From contig CAVZJB010000004.1 in assembly GCA_963775425.1 (NCBI GenBank), positions 448,001 through 512,000 of the forward strand: a DNA stretch of 64,000 nt, given 5' to 3'. Shown here one piece after another: positions 56,245-64,000 of this stretch (positions are counted from its first letter, which is position 1; each line of letters opens with the position of its first letter). This stretch comes from an uncultured delta proteobacterium. GTDB taxonomy: Bacteria; Myxococcota; UBA727; VGSZ01. The translations under genes and the position numbers were made by a program. The notes below the pieces were generated by a model. The model saw only the letters and a program-made list of their open reading frames with translations. It was not told the DNA's origin and did not search any database.

Positions 56245-58253
56245 GCCGCACCTCCCTTCCCGGCGCCGGGCCCTTGCCCCGCCCCGGCCGTATCGGCCGC
56301 GGACGACGGCGGCGACGGCGACGACGACGACGGCGGCGCGCCCGCGGGCGGGCGGCGGCGGCGGCGCTTCAAGCGGACGAACGTGAGACCGCCGCCGAGG
56401 CAGAGCGCCGGGCCGGCGAGGATGGTCAGGTAGAACCAGGCCGTGTCCTCATCGCGCGTGTGGCGGATGGGCACGTCCTCGTCGGGCTTGACGCCGGCGG
56501 CCGACAGCTTGTCGTCGTCGCGCAGCAGCCACAGGAGCCCCTCGTAGCCGAACACCTGGTTGGCGTCCTGCACCACGAGCATGTCGGCGAGCACGTCGCT
56601 GTCCCCGACGACGATGGCGCGCCCCTCGTGCGCGTCCTTGTCGCCGGTCTCCTTGGGCATCTCCACCGCGGCGGCGAGGTCGAGGACGGCGCGCGCCTCG
56701 GTCTTGTCGTCGGGCTTGCGGTCGTCGTTTTCGTCGATCCACGACGCCGCCGGCGTGCGCGCGAGCATGGAGACCTTGGGCCCGCCCTTGGCGTCGCCCT
56801 TGCGCTTCACCTTCTCCACCGCCGCGGCCGACAGGAACAGCAGCGCGGCCTTGCCGCGGGCGCTCGAGAGCGTCTTCACGCTCTTGTGGTTGCCGAACGA
56901 CGTCGAGAACAGGAAGGCGTGGTCCGCGTCGGTGTTGGTGTTCTTCACGTAGCTTCGGTCGTTGAGCACCTCGTGCACGCCGACCTTGACGCCGAGCGTG
57001 TCGAGCAGCGGCTGCAGAGACGCGGTGGCGGCGGCGCCGTCGTCGTCGCCCTTGATGGGCGGATCGAGCATCAACAAGAGCGAGCCGCCGCCCTCGACGT
57101 AGGTCGCCAGGGCCTTGGCCTCCTCGGGCAAGAACGGCTTGGTGGGCCCGGGGACGATGACGAGCGCGGCGTCCTTGGGCACCTCCTTGGTGAGGCCGTC
57201 GGCGACGCCGAGCTTCTTCGGCTTGCCGTTGAGCGCCTCGATGAGCTTCTTCAGCCCCTTCGCGCTGACGCGCTGGCCCGGGTGGGCGGAGACGTCGACG
57301 CTGCGCTCGCCGTGGCCGACGGTGACGTACACGTTCTGCGCGTCCTTGGTGATGCGCGCGAGCTTGCCGCGCACGTCGGAGTCCAGGTGCTTGACCTTGC
57401 GCTCGGCCTCTTCGCGCTCGTCGCCGATGGTGAGGTTGTCGGTGCGGGAGCCGCAGCGGAAGCCAACGGTGCCGTTCTTGGTGACCTTCACCTGCTTGGA
57501 CAGCTCGGGGTCCGCGGCGGAGTCCTGCGTGGTGACGCTGACGCCGTGGTGCTCGAGGGCGTCGAAGTAGTCGCGCACCACGCCGAGCCCGGTGGAACCG
57601 CGCTCGAAGAACAGGAAGATCTCGGGCTTGCCGGGCTTGCCGTCGGCGTCGGTGCACGACGCGGCGTCGAGCATGGACAGCGTTGCCGCCGACGGCGCCG
57701 TGGGCGCGGCGAACGAGAAGTCGCGCCGGATGTCGAGCTTGGCGGCGCCGTAGTTGAGCGCGAACAGCCCCGCCACCGCCGCCACCAGCGTGGCCGCCGT
57801 GCGCGCCGCCGCCAGCACGCGGCGGTTGTCGACGAAGCCGGTGGCGCGCATGGGCCCGGTGACGAGCTCGAGCGCGAGCGTGAGCGCTCCGCCGGCAACC
57901 AGCGCGAGCACGCCGCCGGCGAGCACCGGGTCGGGCACCTTGTCGCCGAAGACGAACCACTCGCTCAGCGCGCCGCCGACGAGCAGCAGCGCGTCCGCGG
58001 GGCCGCCGACGACGAGCAACAGCCGCTTGCCGTCGGCGTCGGCGGACAGGCGCCCGCGGATGCGGCCGGCGAGCATGCCGGCCCACGCGAGCCAGGCGAC
58101 GACGAGGCCGGCGGTGCGCGCGGTGTCGTCGAGGATGCGCAGCGACACGAAGATCGCGAGCAGGAACAGCGCTGCCAGGGCGTTGGGCCAGCCGGCGATG
58201 GCGCGGGAATTGGCGTGTGCGTTGGGTGCGGATTCGACGGGCGCCATGCTCAT
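56241..58253 (-). CDS. GldG-like ABC auxiliary component
   Basis: N-terminal TMs, VYVTVGHGER, VP.DA..VIVPGP..PF..EE...L..YVEGGGSLL.MLDP, VVGDSD, C-terminal TM. Confidence 0.82.
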   Translation of the reverse strand: MSMAPVESAPNAHANSRAIAGWPNALAALFLLAIFVSLRILDDTARTAGLVVAWLAWAGMLAGRIRGRLSADADGKRLLLVVGGPADALLLVGGALSEWFVFGDKVPDPVLAGGVLALVAGGALTLALELVTGPMRATGFVDNRRVLAAARTAATLVAAVAGLFALNYGAAKLDIRRDFSFAAPTAPSAATLSMLDAASCTDADGKPGKPEIFLFFERGSTGLGVVRDYFDALEHHGVSVTTQDSAADPELSKQVKVTKNGTVGFRCGSRTDNLTIGDEREEAERKVKHLDSDVRGKLARITKDAQNVYVTVGHGERSVDVSAHPGQRVSAKGLKKLIEALNGKPKKLGVADGLTKEVPKDAALVIVPGPTKPFLPEEAKALATYVEGGGSLLLMLDPPIKGDDDGAAATASLQPLLDTLGVKVGVHEVLNDRSYVKNTNTDADHAFLFSTSFGNHKSVKTLSSARGKAALLFLSAAAVEKVKRKGDAKGGPKVSMLARTPAASWIDENDDRKPDDKTEARAVLDLAAAVEMPKETGDKDAHEGRAIVVGDSDVLADMLVVQDANQVFGYEGLLWLLRDDDKLSAAGVKPDEDVPIRHTRDEDTAWFYLTILAGPALCLGGGLTFVRLKRRRRRPPAGAPPSSSSPSPPSSAADTAGAGQGPGAGKGGAA

Positions 58254-58972
58254 CCCCTCCATCGGCGGGCACCGACGACCGCGGTGGCGCCGAGCAGCGC
58301 CGCGTACGTCAGTGACAGGTAGTAGACGACGCTCTCGAGCTTCACCGTCCCACGGGAGAAGCTCCGGAAGTGTTTGTCGAAGAGGTCGAGGTAGCCGACG
58401 ACGTCGCCGAACGTGCCCTCCACCTTGCGCGCCAGCATCCACGCCAGGATGAGCGCGACGATGAACCCACCGGCGATGACCGCGGCCAGCACCTGCGACT
58501 GCGCGAGGCTCGACGCGAACGCGCCGATGGCGACGCAGGCGCCGCCGAGCAGCGCGAGGCCGAGGTAGCCCGCGAACAGGTGGCCGAGCGTGATCTTGCC
58601 GTTCACCAGGACCAGGAGCGGCATGTACAGCGAGAGGAACAACAGCAGGCAGAGGAAGAGCCAGCCGCCGAGCCACTTGCCGAGCACGATCTGCCACTCG
58701 GGCAGCGGCGAGGTCTCGAGCAACACCAGGGTGCCGAGCTGCTTCTCCTCGGCGAACAGCCGCATGGAGATGAACACGCTGGCCACCATGGTGGTGCCCG
58801 ACGAGTAGAAGAAGAAGAGCTGCATGACCTCGAAGGACTTGCGCTCTCCGGCCATGGCCACGGCGTTGAACAGGAGGCCTTGCGCGAGGAGCACCACGCC
58901 GAGGATCAACCAGCCGGTGGCGGACATGAGGTACGAGACGAGCTCGCGCCGGGCGATGAGAACGGCACCCAT
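58250..58972 (-). CDS. ABC-2 type permease (GldF-like)
   Basis: IARREL.SY, SMRLFAEEKQLGT..LL.TSP...QIVLGK. Confidence 0.9.
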   Translation of the reverse strand: MGAVLIARRELVSYLMSATGWLILGVVLLAQGLLFNAVAMAGERKSFEVMQLFFFYSSGTTMVASVFISMRLFAEEKQLGTLVLLETSPLPEWQIVLGKWLGGWLFLCLLLFLSLYMPLLVLVNGKITLGHLFAGYLGLALLGGACVAIGAFASSLAQSQVLAAVIAGGFIVALILAWMLARKVEGTFGDVVGYLDLFDKHFRSFSRGTVKLESVVYYLSLTYAALLGATAVVGARRWRG

Positions 58973-58974
58973 GG

Positions 58975-59904
58975 CTACGCGGCCTCCTTTCGGGTCAGCT
59001 TGAGGAACACGCCCTCGAGACCGCCCTGGTCGTCGACGAGCTGGCGCACACCGAAGCCGTGCGCCACGAGCGCCCGCACGAGCTCCTCGCGTCCGGCGTC
59101 GCTCGCCGTGACGCGCAGCCTCGACATCCCGGACGCGAGGCCGGGCAGCGCCTCGAGGGCGGTGATGCCGCCGACCTTCTGGAGCTCCGCCTTGGCGGCG
59201 TCGGTGACGTCGCCGCGCACGAGGATCTCGAAGCGCAAAGAGCCCTGCTCGAGCTCCTCGGGCTTGCCCTGCGCGACGATGCGGCCCTCGTTGAGGACGA
59301 GGATGCGGTCGCAGGTGTGCGCGATCTCGCCGAGGATGTGGCTCGACAAGAGCACCGTGTGCTTCTCGGACAGGCCCCGGATGAGGCCGCGCATGGCGAC
59401 GATCTGCGCCGGGTCGAGGCCCGAGATGGGCTCGTCGAGGACCACCAGCTTGGGCTCGTGGATGATGGCCTGCGCGATGCCCACGCGCTGGCGGTAGCCG
59501 TGGGAGAGCCACTCGACGAGGTCGTCGGCGACGGAGCCGAGGTCCGCCAGCGCGAGCACCTCGTCGACGCGCTTGTGCACGCGCCCGGCGTCGAGGCCGT
59601 TCAAGCGGCCGGCGTACGTCAGCATCTGGCGCACGGTGAGCTCGGGGTACAGCGGCGGGCGGTCCGGCAGGAAGCCGATGCGGCGGCGCAGCTCGCGCGG
59701 GGTGGCGACGCCGTCGATGCCGTCGACGACGACCTTGCCGGCCGACGGGATCAGGAGCCCGCAAAGGATCTTGAGCACCGTGGTCTTGCCCGCGCCGTTC
59801 AGGCCGAGGAAGCCGACGACCTCGCGCTCGCTGATCTGGAAGCTCACGTCGGCGAGCGCCCGCCGCGCGCCGTAGTACTTCGAGACGTTGTCAGCGGTAA
59901 TCAT
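58975..59904 (-). CDS. ABC transporter ATP-binding protein (GldA-like)
   Basis: GLNGAGKTT, LSHGYRQRV, VVLDEP, LSSH. Confidence 0.94.
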   Translation of the reverse strand: MITADNVSKYYGARRALADVSFQISEREVVGFLGLNGAGKTTVLKILCGLLIPSAGKVVVDGIDGVATPRELRRRIGFLPDRPPLYPELTVRQMLTYAGRLNGLDAGRVHKRVDEVLALADLGSVADDLVEWLSHGYRQRVGIAQAIIHEPKLVVLDEPISGLDPAQIVAMRGLIRGLSEKHTVLLSSHILGEIAHTCDRILVLNEGRIVAQGKPEELEQGSLRFEILVRGDVTDAAKAELQKVGGITALEALPGLASGMSRLRVTASDAGREELVRALVAHGFGVRQLVDDQGGLEGVFLKLTRKEAA

Positions 59905-59965
59905 GGCGCCTGATTGAACACCGTTACGCCGTCGACGCAAGTACCGCCTCCGCCGGGGGCGAAAT

Positions 59966-59994
59966 GCGACCGGAGGGATGCGACCGCGCTTGAT
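59966..59994 (-). repeat. Degenerate monomer of the 30-bp hairpin repeat
   Basis: + strand gcgaccggagggatgcgaccgcgcttgat versus reverse complement of the unit GCGACCGGAGGGA-GCGGCCGCGCTTGAT. Confidence 0.65.
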
Positions 59995-60042
59995 GCTCGG
60001 GGGAATGTTCTCGGACGCGGCGTGTTGATCCATGCTCGGGGC

Positions 60043-61017
60043 ATGCTGCCCGCCGTGCTCGCGATGCGCCCCCGCTACGTCGAGAAGTTGTGGGCCGGCT
60101 CTCGCCTGAAGACGCTCCCGGCCAAGCGCCGCACGCCGCCGCCGCCGGGGACGGGGGAGGCCTGGGAGGTCGCGGATCTCCCCGAGGGCGCGTCCACCGT
60201 CGACGGCGGCCCCCTCGACGGGCTCACGCTGCGCACGGTCGTCGAGCGCTTCGGCCGGGCGGTCTGCGGCGCGCGCACGCGCGCGGTCGACGGCGCGCTC
60301 CGCTTCCCCCTGCTCGTCAAGCTCATCGACGCGGGCGACGACCTCAGCGTGCAGGTGCACCCGGGCGAGGCCTTCGCGCGCGCACACCCCGGGAGCTTCG
60401 CCAAGGACGAGGCCTGGCTGGTCGTGGCGGTGGAGCCGGGCGCGCGCGTGTTGCACGGCGTGCGCGACGGCGTCGACGCCGCCGCGTTCGCCGAGGCCGT
60501 CGTCGGCGGACGCGCCGACGCGCTCCTGCGCGAGGTGCGCGTGAGCGTCGGCGACGTCCTGCGCATCGCCCCCGGCACGCTGCACGGCGTGGGCAAGGGT
60601 TGCCTGCTGCTCGAGGTGCAGCAGCCGTCGGACACCACGTTCCGCGTCTGGGACTACGACCGCGTCGACAAGGACGGCCACAAGCGCCCGCTGCACATCG
60701 AGCAAGCCCTCGCGGTCGCGCGCTTCGGCAAGCAGGACCCGCCGCTCGTCTCCGACGCCCGCCCCGGCCGCCGCGCCATCGCCACCGCGCACTACGCCAT
60801 GGGCCTCGAAGCGGTGACGCCGGGTGCGCCGCGCGTCGTCGACAAACCCCGCGGCGAGCCCGCCGTCGTCTTCGTCCTCGACGGCAGCGTCACCGTCGGG
60901 GGCGTGGAGCTGCCGGCGGGCGCCGCCGCCGTCGTCGTCGCCGACGCCGACGGCGTCGTCGCCGAGGGAGACGGCACCCTCGTCGTCATGACGCCGGGCG
61001 ACGAGGCCGCCGCGTGA
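60043..61017 (+). CDS. Class I mannose-6-phosphate isomerase (cupin)
   Basis: GEAWE, FPLLVKLIDA..DLSVQVHP, K.EAW, PGTLH, EVQQPSDTTFRVWDY. Confidence 0.92.
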   Translation: MLPAVLAMRPRYVEKLWAGSRLKTLPAKRRTPPPPGTGEAWEVADLPEGASTVDGGPLDGLTLRTVVERFGRAVCGARTRAVDGALRFPLLVKLIDAGDDLSVQVHPGEAFARAHPGSFAKDEAWLVVAVEPGARVLHGVRDGVDAAAFAEAVVGGRADALLREVRVSVGDVLRIAPGTLHGVGKGCLLLEVQQPSDTTFRVWDYDRVDKDGHKRPLHIEQALAVARFGKQDPPLVSDARPGRRAIATAHYAMGLEAVTPGAPRVVDKPRGEPAVVFVLDGSVTVGGVELPAGAAAVVVADADGVVAEGDGTLVVMTPGDEAAA

Positions 61018-61059
61018 GGACCGCGCGCGCCGTCGTCGAGCGGCGTCCCCCCGGGGCGC

Positions 61060-61821
61060 GTGGGGCGGCACGTGCGTAAGCTCCCGGCCCGCGCGCGCGT
61101 GGTGTTCCCCAATCCGTCCACCGCGAGCCCCGAGGGCATCGTCGCCATCGGCGCCAAGCCGTGGCCCGAGGTCCTCAAGGACGCGTACACCCGCGGCATC
61201 TTCCCGTGGCCGCACGAGGGCTATCCGCTGTTGTGGTTCAGCCCCGACCCGCGCTTCGTCCTCGAGCCGAAGCTGGGGCACCTCAACAAGAGCCTGAGGA
61301 AGGCCATGAGGCGCACGGACCTCGTCATCCGCGCCGACACGCGCTTCCGCGCGGTCATCGAGGGCTGCGCCGACAAGCGCCGCCCCGGCCAGCGCGGCAC
61401 GTGGATCACCGACGACATGATCGAGGGCTACTGCGCGCTCCACGAAGAGGGCTTCGCCCACTCCGTCGAGGCGTGGCAGTTGCTGCCCGGGGGCGAGACC
61501 CTCGTCGGGGGCCTGTACGGCGTGAGCTTCGGCGCGGTCTTCTTCGGTGAGTCCATGTTCCAGACCGCGCCCGACGCGTCGAAGATCGCGTTCGGCACGC
61601 TCCTCGGGCAGCTCGTGAAGTGGCGCTTCGACCTCGTCGACTGCCAGAGCTACACCGACCACCTCGCCCGCTTCGGCGCCGTCCACTGGCCGCGCAACAA
61701 GTTCCTCGACGTCCTCAAGGAGGCCCAGCGCGCGCCCACCCGCCAGGGCCCCTGGACCTTCGACGTCACGCCCGCCCAGGCCGCCGACCTGCTGTCGGCG
61801 CCGCTGCCCGACGAAGCCTGA
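61060..61821 (+). CDS. aat: Leucyl/phenylalanyl-tRNA--protein transferase
   Basis: AY.RGIFPW, WFSPDPR, TWIT, AHSVEAW, LVGGLYGV..G..FFGESMF, ASK; start may be GTG 61072. Confidence 0.95.
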   Translation: MGRHVRKLPARARVVFPNPSTASPEGIVAIGAKPWPEVLKDAYTRGIFPWPHEGYPLLWFSPDPRFVLEPKLGHLNKSLRKAMRRTDLVIRADTRFRAVIEGCADKRRPGQRGTWITDDMIEGYCALHEEGFAHSVEAWQLLPGGETLVGGLYGVSFGAVFFGESMFQTAPDASKIAFGTLLGQLVKWRFDLVDCQSYTDHLARFGAVHWPRNKFLDVLKEAQRAPTRQGPWTFDVTPAQAADLLSAPLPDEA

Positions 61822-61927
61822 CCTCCGGTCGCTGATCAAGCGCGGCCGCTCCCTCCGGTCGCTGATCAAGCGCGGCCGCTCCCTCCGGTCGCTGATCAAG
61901 CGCGGCCGCTCCCTCCGGTCGCTGATC
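61822..61927 (+). repeat. Tandem array of 30-bp unit GATCAAGCGCGGCCGCTCCCTCCGGTCGCT
   Basis: Partial unit 61822-61833; exact units 61834-61863, 61864-61893, 61894-61923; then GATC. Confidence 0.97.
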
Positions 61928-61966
61928 CGCTCGCGGCGGACACGCGACCGCGCTACATCGAGCGGC

Positions 61967-63133
61967 ATGGACGTGTCCGTCCTCCCGCGCATCGCCGACG
62001 TCCCCGCGGCCGACTGGGACGCGCTCGCCGGCGACGACAACCCCTTCGTCGAGCACGCGTTCCTGCACGCCCTCGAGGAGTCCAAGAGCGTGGGCCCGCG
62101 CACGGGGTGGCTGCCGCAGCACCTCGTCGTCAAGGAGGGCGGCGCCCTCGTGGCCGCGTTGCCCTGCTACGTGAAGACCGACAGCTACGGCGAGTACATC
62201 TTCGACTGGCAGTGGGCCCGCGCCGCCGGCCGCGCCCGCGTCGACTACTACCCCAAGCTCACCGCAGCGGTGCCGTTCACGCCCGCCACCGGCCCCCGCC
62301 TCCTCGTCAAGCCCGGCGCCCCCGTCGAGCGCGCGCGCAAGGCCCTCGCCGAGGGCATGAAGCTCCTCGAAAAGGAGCTCGGCTGCTCGTCGTCACACGT
62401 GTTGTTCTGCCGCGACGACGAGGCCGCGTCGCTCGTGGACAACGGCTTCGGCCGGCGCGCGTCGCTGCAGTACCACTGGCGAAACGGCGGGTACGACAGC
62501 TTCGACGGCTTCCTCGCCGCCCTCCGCCACGAGGAGCGCAAGCAGATCAAGCGCGAGCGCCGGCGCGTGGCGGAGTCCGGCGTCGACGTCGAGGTCATGA
62601 ACGGCGCCGACGTCCCCGACGCCCTCTGGCCCGCCGTCTTCTCGCTGTACACCTCCATCAGCGACCGCAAGTGGGGCCGCCCCTACCTCACCCGCGCCTT
62701 CTTCGATCTCATGCCGAGGCATCGCGCCGTCGTCGTGCTCGCGCGCCAGGCCGGCGCCGTCGTGGCCATGACGCTCTCGTTCGAGAAGGGCCCGCACATC
62801 TACGGCCGCTACTGGGGCTGCTCCGAGGAGATCCCCGGGCTGCACTTCGAGCTCTGCTACTACCGGCTGCTCGAGCGCTCCATCGCGAACAAGGGCAGCC
62901 TCGTCGAGGCGGGCGCGCAGGGTGAGCACAAGCTCAAGCGCGGCTTCCTCCCCGTCGTCACCCACAGCGCGCACCACATCACCGACCCGCGCTTCTCCGC
63001 GGCGGTCATGCTGTTCCTCGAGGAGGAGCGCGCGGCGGTGCTCGAGGAGCAGCAGCTCCTCCTGCAGCACGGCCCCTTCAAGGACGGCGCCGCGCCCGAC
63101 CGGCCGCTCGTCGCCGGCGTCCCCGGGCTGTGA
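61967..63133 (+). CDS. FemAB-like GNAT protein (DUF482 family)
   Basis: NPF..HAFL.ALE, TGW.PQH, SYGEYIFDW.WA, PFTPATG, YGRYWG, LHFELCYY, EAGAQGEHKL.RGF. Confidence 0.9.
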   Translation: MDVSVLPRIADVPAADWDALAGDDNPFVEHAFLHALEESKSVGPRTGWLPQHLVVKEGGALVAALPCYVKTDSYGEYIFDWQWARAAGRARVDYYPKLTAAVPFTPATGPRLLVKPGAPVERARKALAEGMKLLEKELGCSSSHVLFCRDDEAASLVDNGFGRRASLQYHWRNGGYDSFDGFLAALRHEERKQIKRERRRVAESGVDVEVMNGADVPDALWPAVFSLYTSISDRKWGRPYLTRAFFDLMPRHRAVVVLARQAGAVVAMTLSFEKGPHIYGRYWGCSEEIPGLHFELCYYRLLERSIANKGSLVEAGAQGEHKLKRGFLPVVTHSAHHITDPRFSAAVMLFLEEERAAVLEEQQLLLQHGPFKDGAAPDRPLVAGVPGL

Positions 63134-64000
63134 GACGTCCTGTGTCAACCACCGCGCTGCGTCACGCCATCTCAGGCGGCGAGCGCGGCGGCGCGGCCGT
63201 GAAGGGCCGGGTCGTACGGGACGCGGGCTTTCCAGCACGCGTACAGCACCCGGAGCCACGCACGAGCGAGGATGCGGGTCGCATGCGGGTGGTCGTGGCC
63301 GCGAGCGCGGGCAGCGTCGTAGAGGGCGGCGGCCCATGGCGAGCTGTGTCGCGAGTTGTCGGCCCAGAGGGTCACGGCGGAGCGCAGGTGCTTGTTGCAC
63401 GCCCACCGGAACGCGACGCCGACGTGCTTGCCGGACGCGAACGTTACGGGGCACACGCCAGCCTCGGCCTCGAGGTGCTCGTGGCTGTCGAAGCGCGCGC
63501 GCTCGTCGCCGAGCTCGCTGAGAATCTGCGCGGCGTTGATGCGTCCGCTGCGCGGAAACGACATCACGATGTGCCCGTCGGGGTGCGCCTCGACGGCGTG
63601 TTCGACGGCGGCGCTGAGCTTCTTGAGACGTGCGACGACGATGTCGAGGACCGCGACGAGGTGCTGCACGGCTTCCCCCTTCGCCTCGGCCTCCATCTCG
63701 CCGCACTTGCCGCTGGGCGCACCTCGCAAGCGGCCCAGGAGCTCGGCGACGTCCCTGCGACCGGAGTAGTGGTTGCGCGCCAGGAACGCTTCGAGCCGCT
63801 TCTCGCCGACGCGCTCGGCGTGCTGCGGTGTCGGGTACCTCCCGAGGAACGCCAGCGCGATGGGCGAGTCGATGTCGCGGAAGATGCACGCGGCGCCGGC
63901 CCAGAAGCTCTCAACGAGCGCGCGCAGCTGGTTCGCCAGTGCAACCCGCTCGGCAACGAGGTCGCCGCGTGCGCGAACGAGGGCACGCAGCGCCTTCGTC
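63132..64000 (-). mobile_element. IS110-family insertion sequence, truncated by the window end
   Basis: Transposase plus short downstream non-coding end; codon usage differs from flanking genes; boundary approximate. Confidence 0.8.
63172..63999 (-). CDS. IS110-family transposase/recombinase, C-terminal part
   Basis: LRALVRAR.DL..ER....NQLR; ILSELGD..RF...L.AEAGVCPVTFASGK; NKHLR; R.RG..H..A.R.LAR. Confidence 0.92.
   Translation of the reverse strand, partial: TKALRALVRARGDLVAERVALANQLRALVESFWAGAACIFRDIDSPIALAFLGRYPTPQHAERVGEKRLEAFLARNHYSGRRDVAELLGRLRGAPSGKCGEMEAEAKGEAVQHLVAVLDIVVARLKKLSAAVEHAVEAHPDGHIVMSFPRSGRINAAQILSELGDERARFDSHEHLEAEAGVCPVTFASGKHVGVAFRWACNKHLRSAVTLWADNSRHSSPWAAALYDAARARGHDHPHATRILARAWLRVLYACWKARVPYDPALHGRAAALAA

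Noticed and set aside
58975-62133. 1052-aa ORF (similarly 29477-31702, 47827-51276, 6942-9227, 38714-41032)
   Set aside because: Open-frame extensions typical of high-GC DNA; only the C-terminal parts carry recognisable motifs
1-64000. tRNA, rRNA, riboswitch, prophage, integron or clear Rho-independent terminators
   Set aside because: None recognisable by eye; a covariance-model search would be needed to exclude small ncRNAs

Overview
Very GC-rich (about 70% by eye), densely coding bacterial chromosome segment. Gene content (DUF2378/TIGR02265-like, TIGR02266-like PilZ domain, TolQ plus two TolR, GEGEG-linker lipoprotein) suggests a Myxococcota/deltaproteobacterium-like host (inference). About 55 CDS. 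The spoIID-like/queA/tgt/yajC/secD/secF backbone is interrupted by accessory genes, including a collapsed MacB-type pseudogene. Other contents: a TolQ-TolR-TolR motor set, an MMPL transporter, a TetR-led acyl-CoA operon ending in a BKACE enzyme, pcnB with long acidic repeats, coaX, a complete oleABCD olefin cluster, a kinase-STAND-TPR / rhomboid-TPR / STAND-TPR block, a Grx4-rhodanese fusion, a frameshifted PilZ-like...J-domain gene, a GldAFG/DUF4340-like ABC system, a class I mannose-6-phosphate isomerase, aat, a FemAB-like GNAT and a truncated IS110 element. The most notable non-coding signals are: (i) a dispersed 30-bp hairpin repeat family, with two tandem arrays and two degenerate monomers, three of them starting at a stop codon; (ii) recurrent -10 boxes 6-9 nt before SD-less start codons, suggesting leaderless mRNAs; (iii) a tandem TTGAC-N6-GTCAA operator pair. 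No rRNA, tRNA or CRISPR array was seen. All family assignments come from motif recognition by eye, not from database searches.
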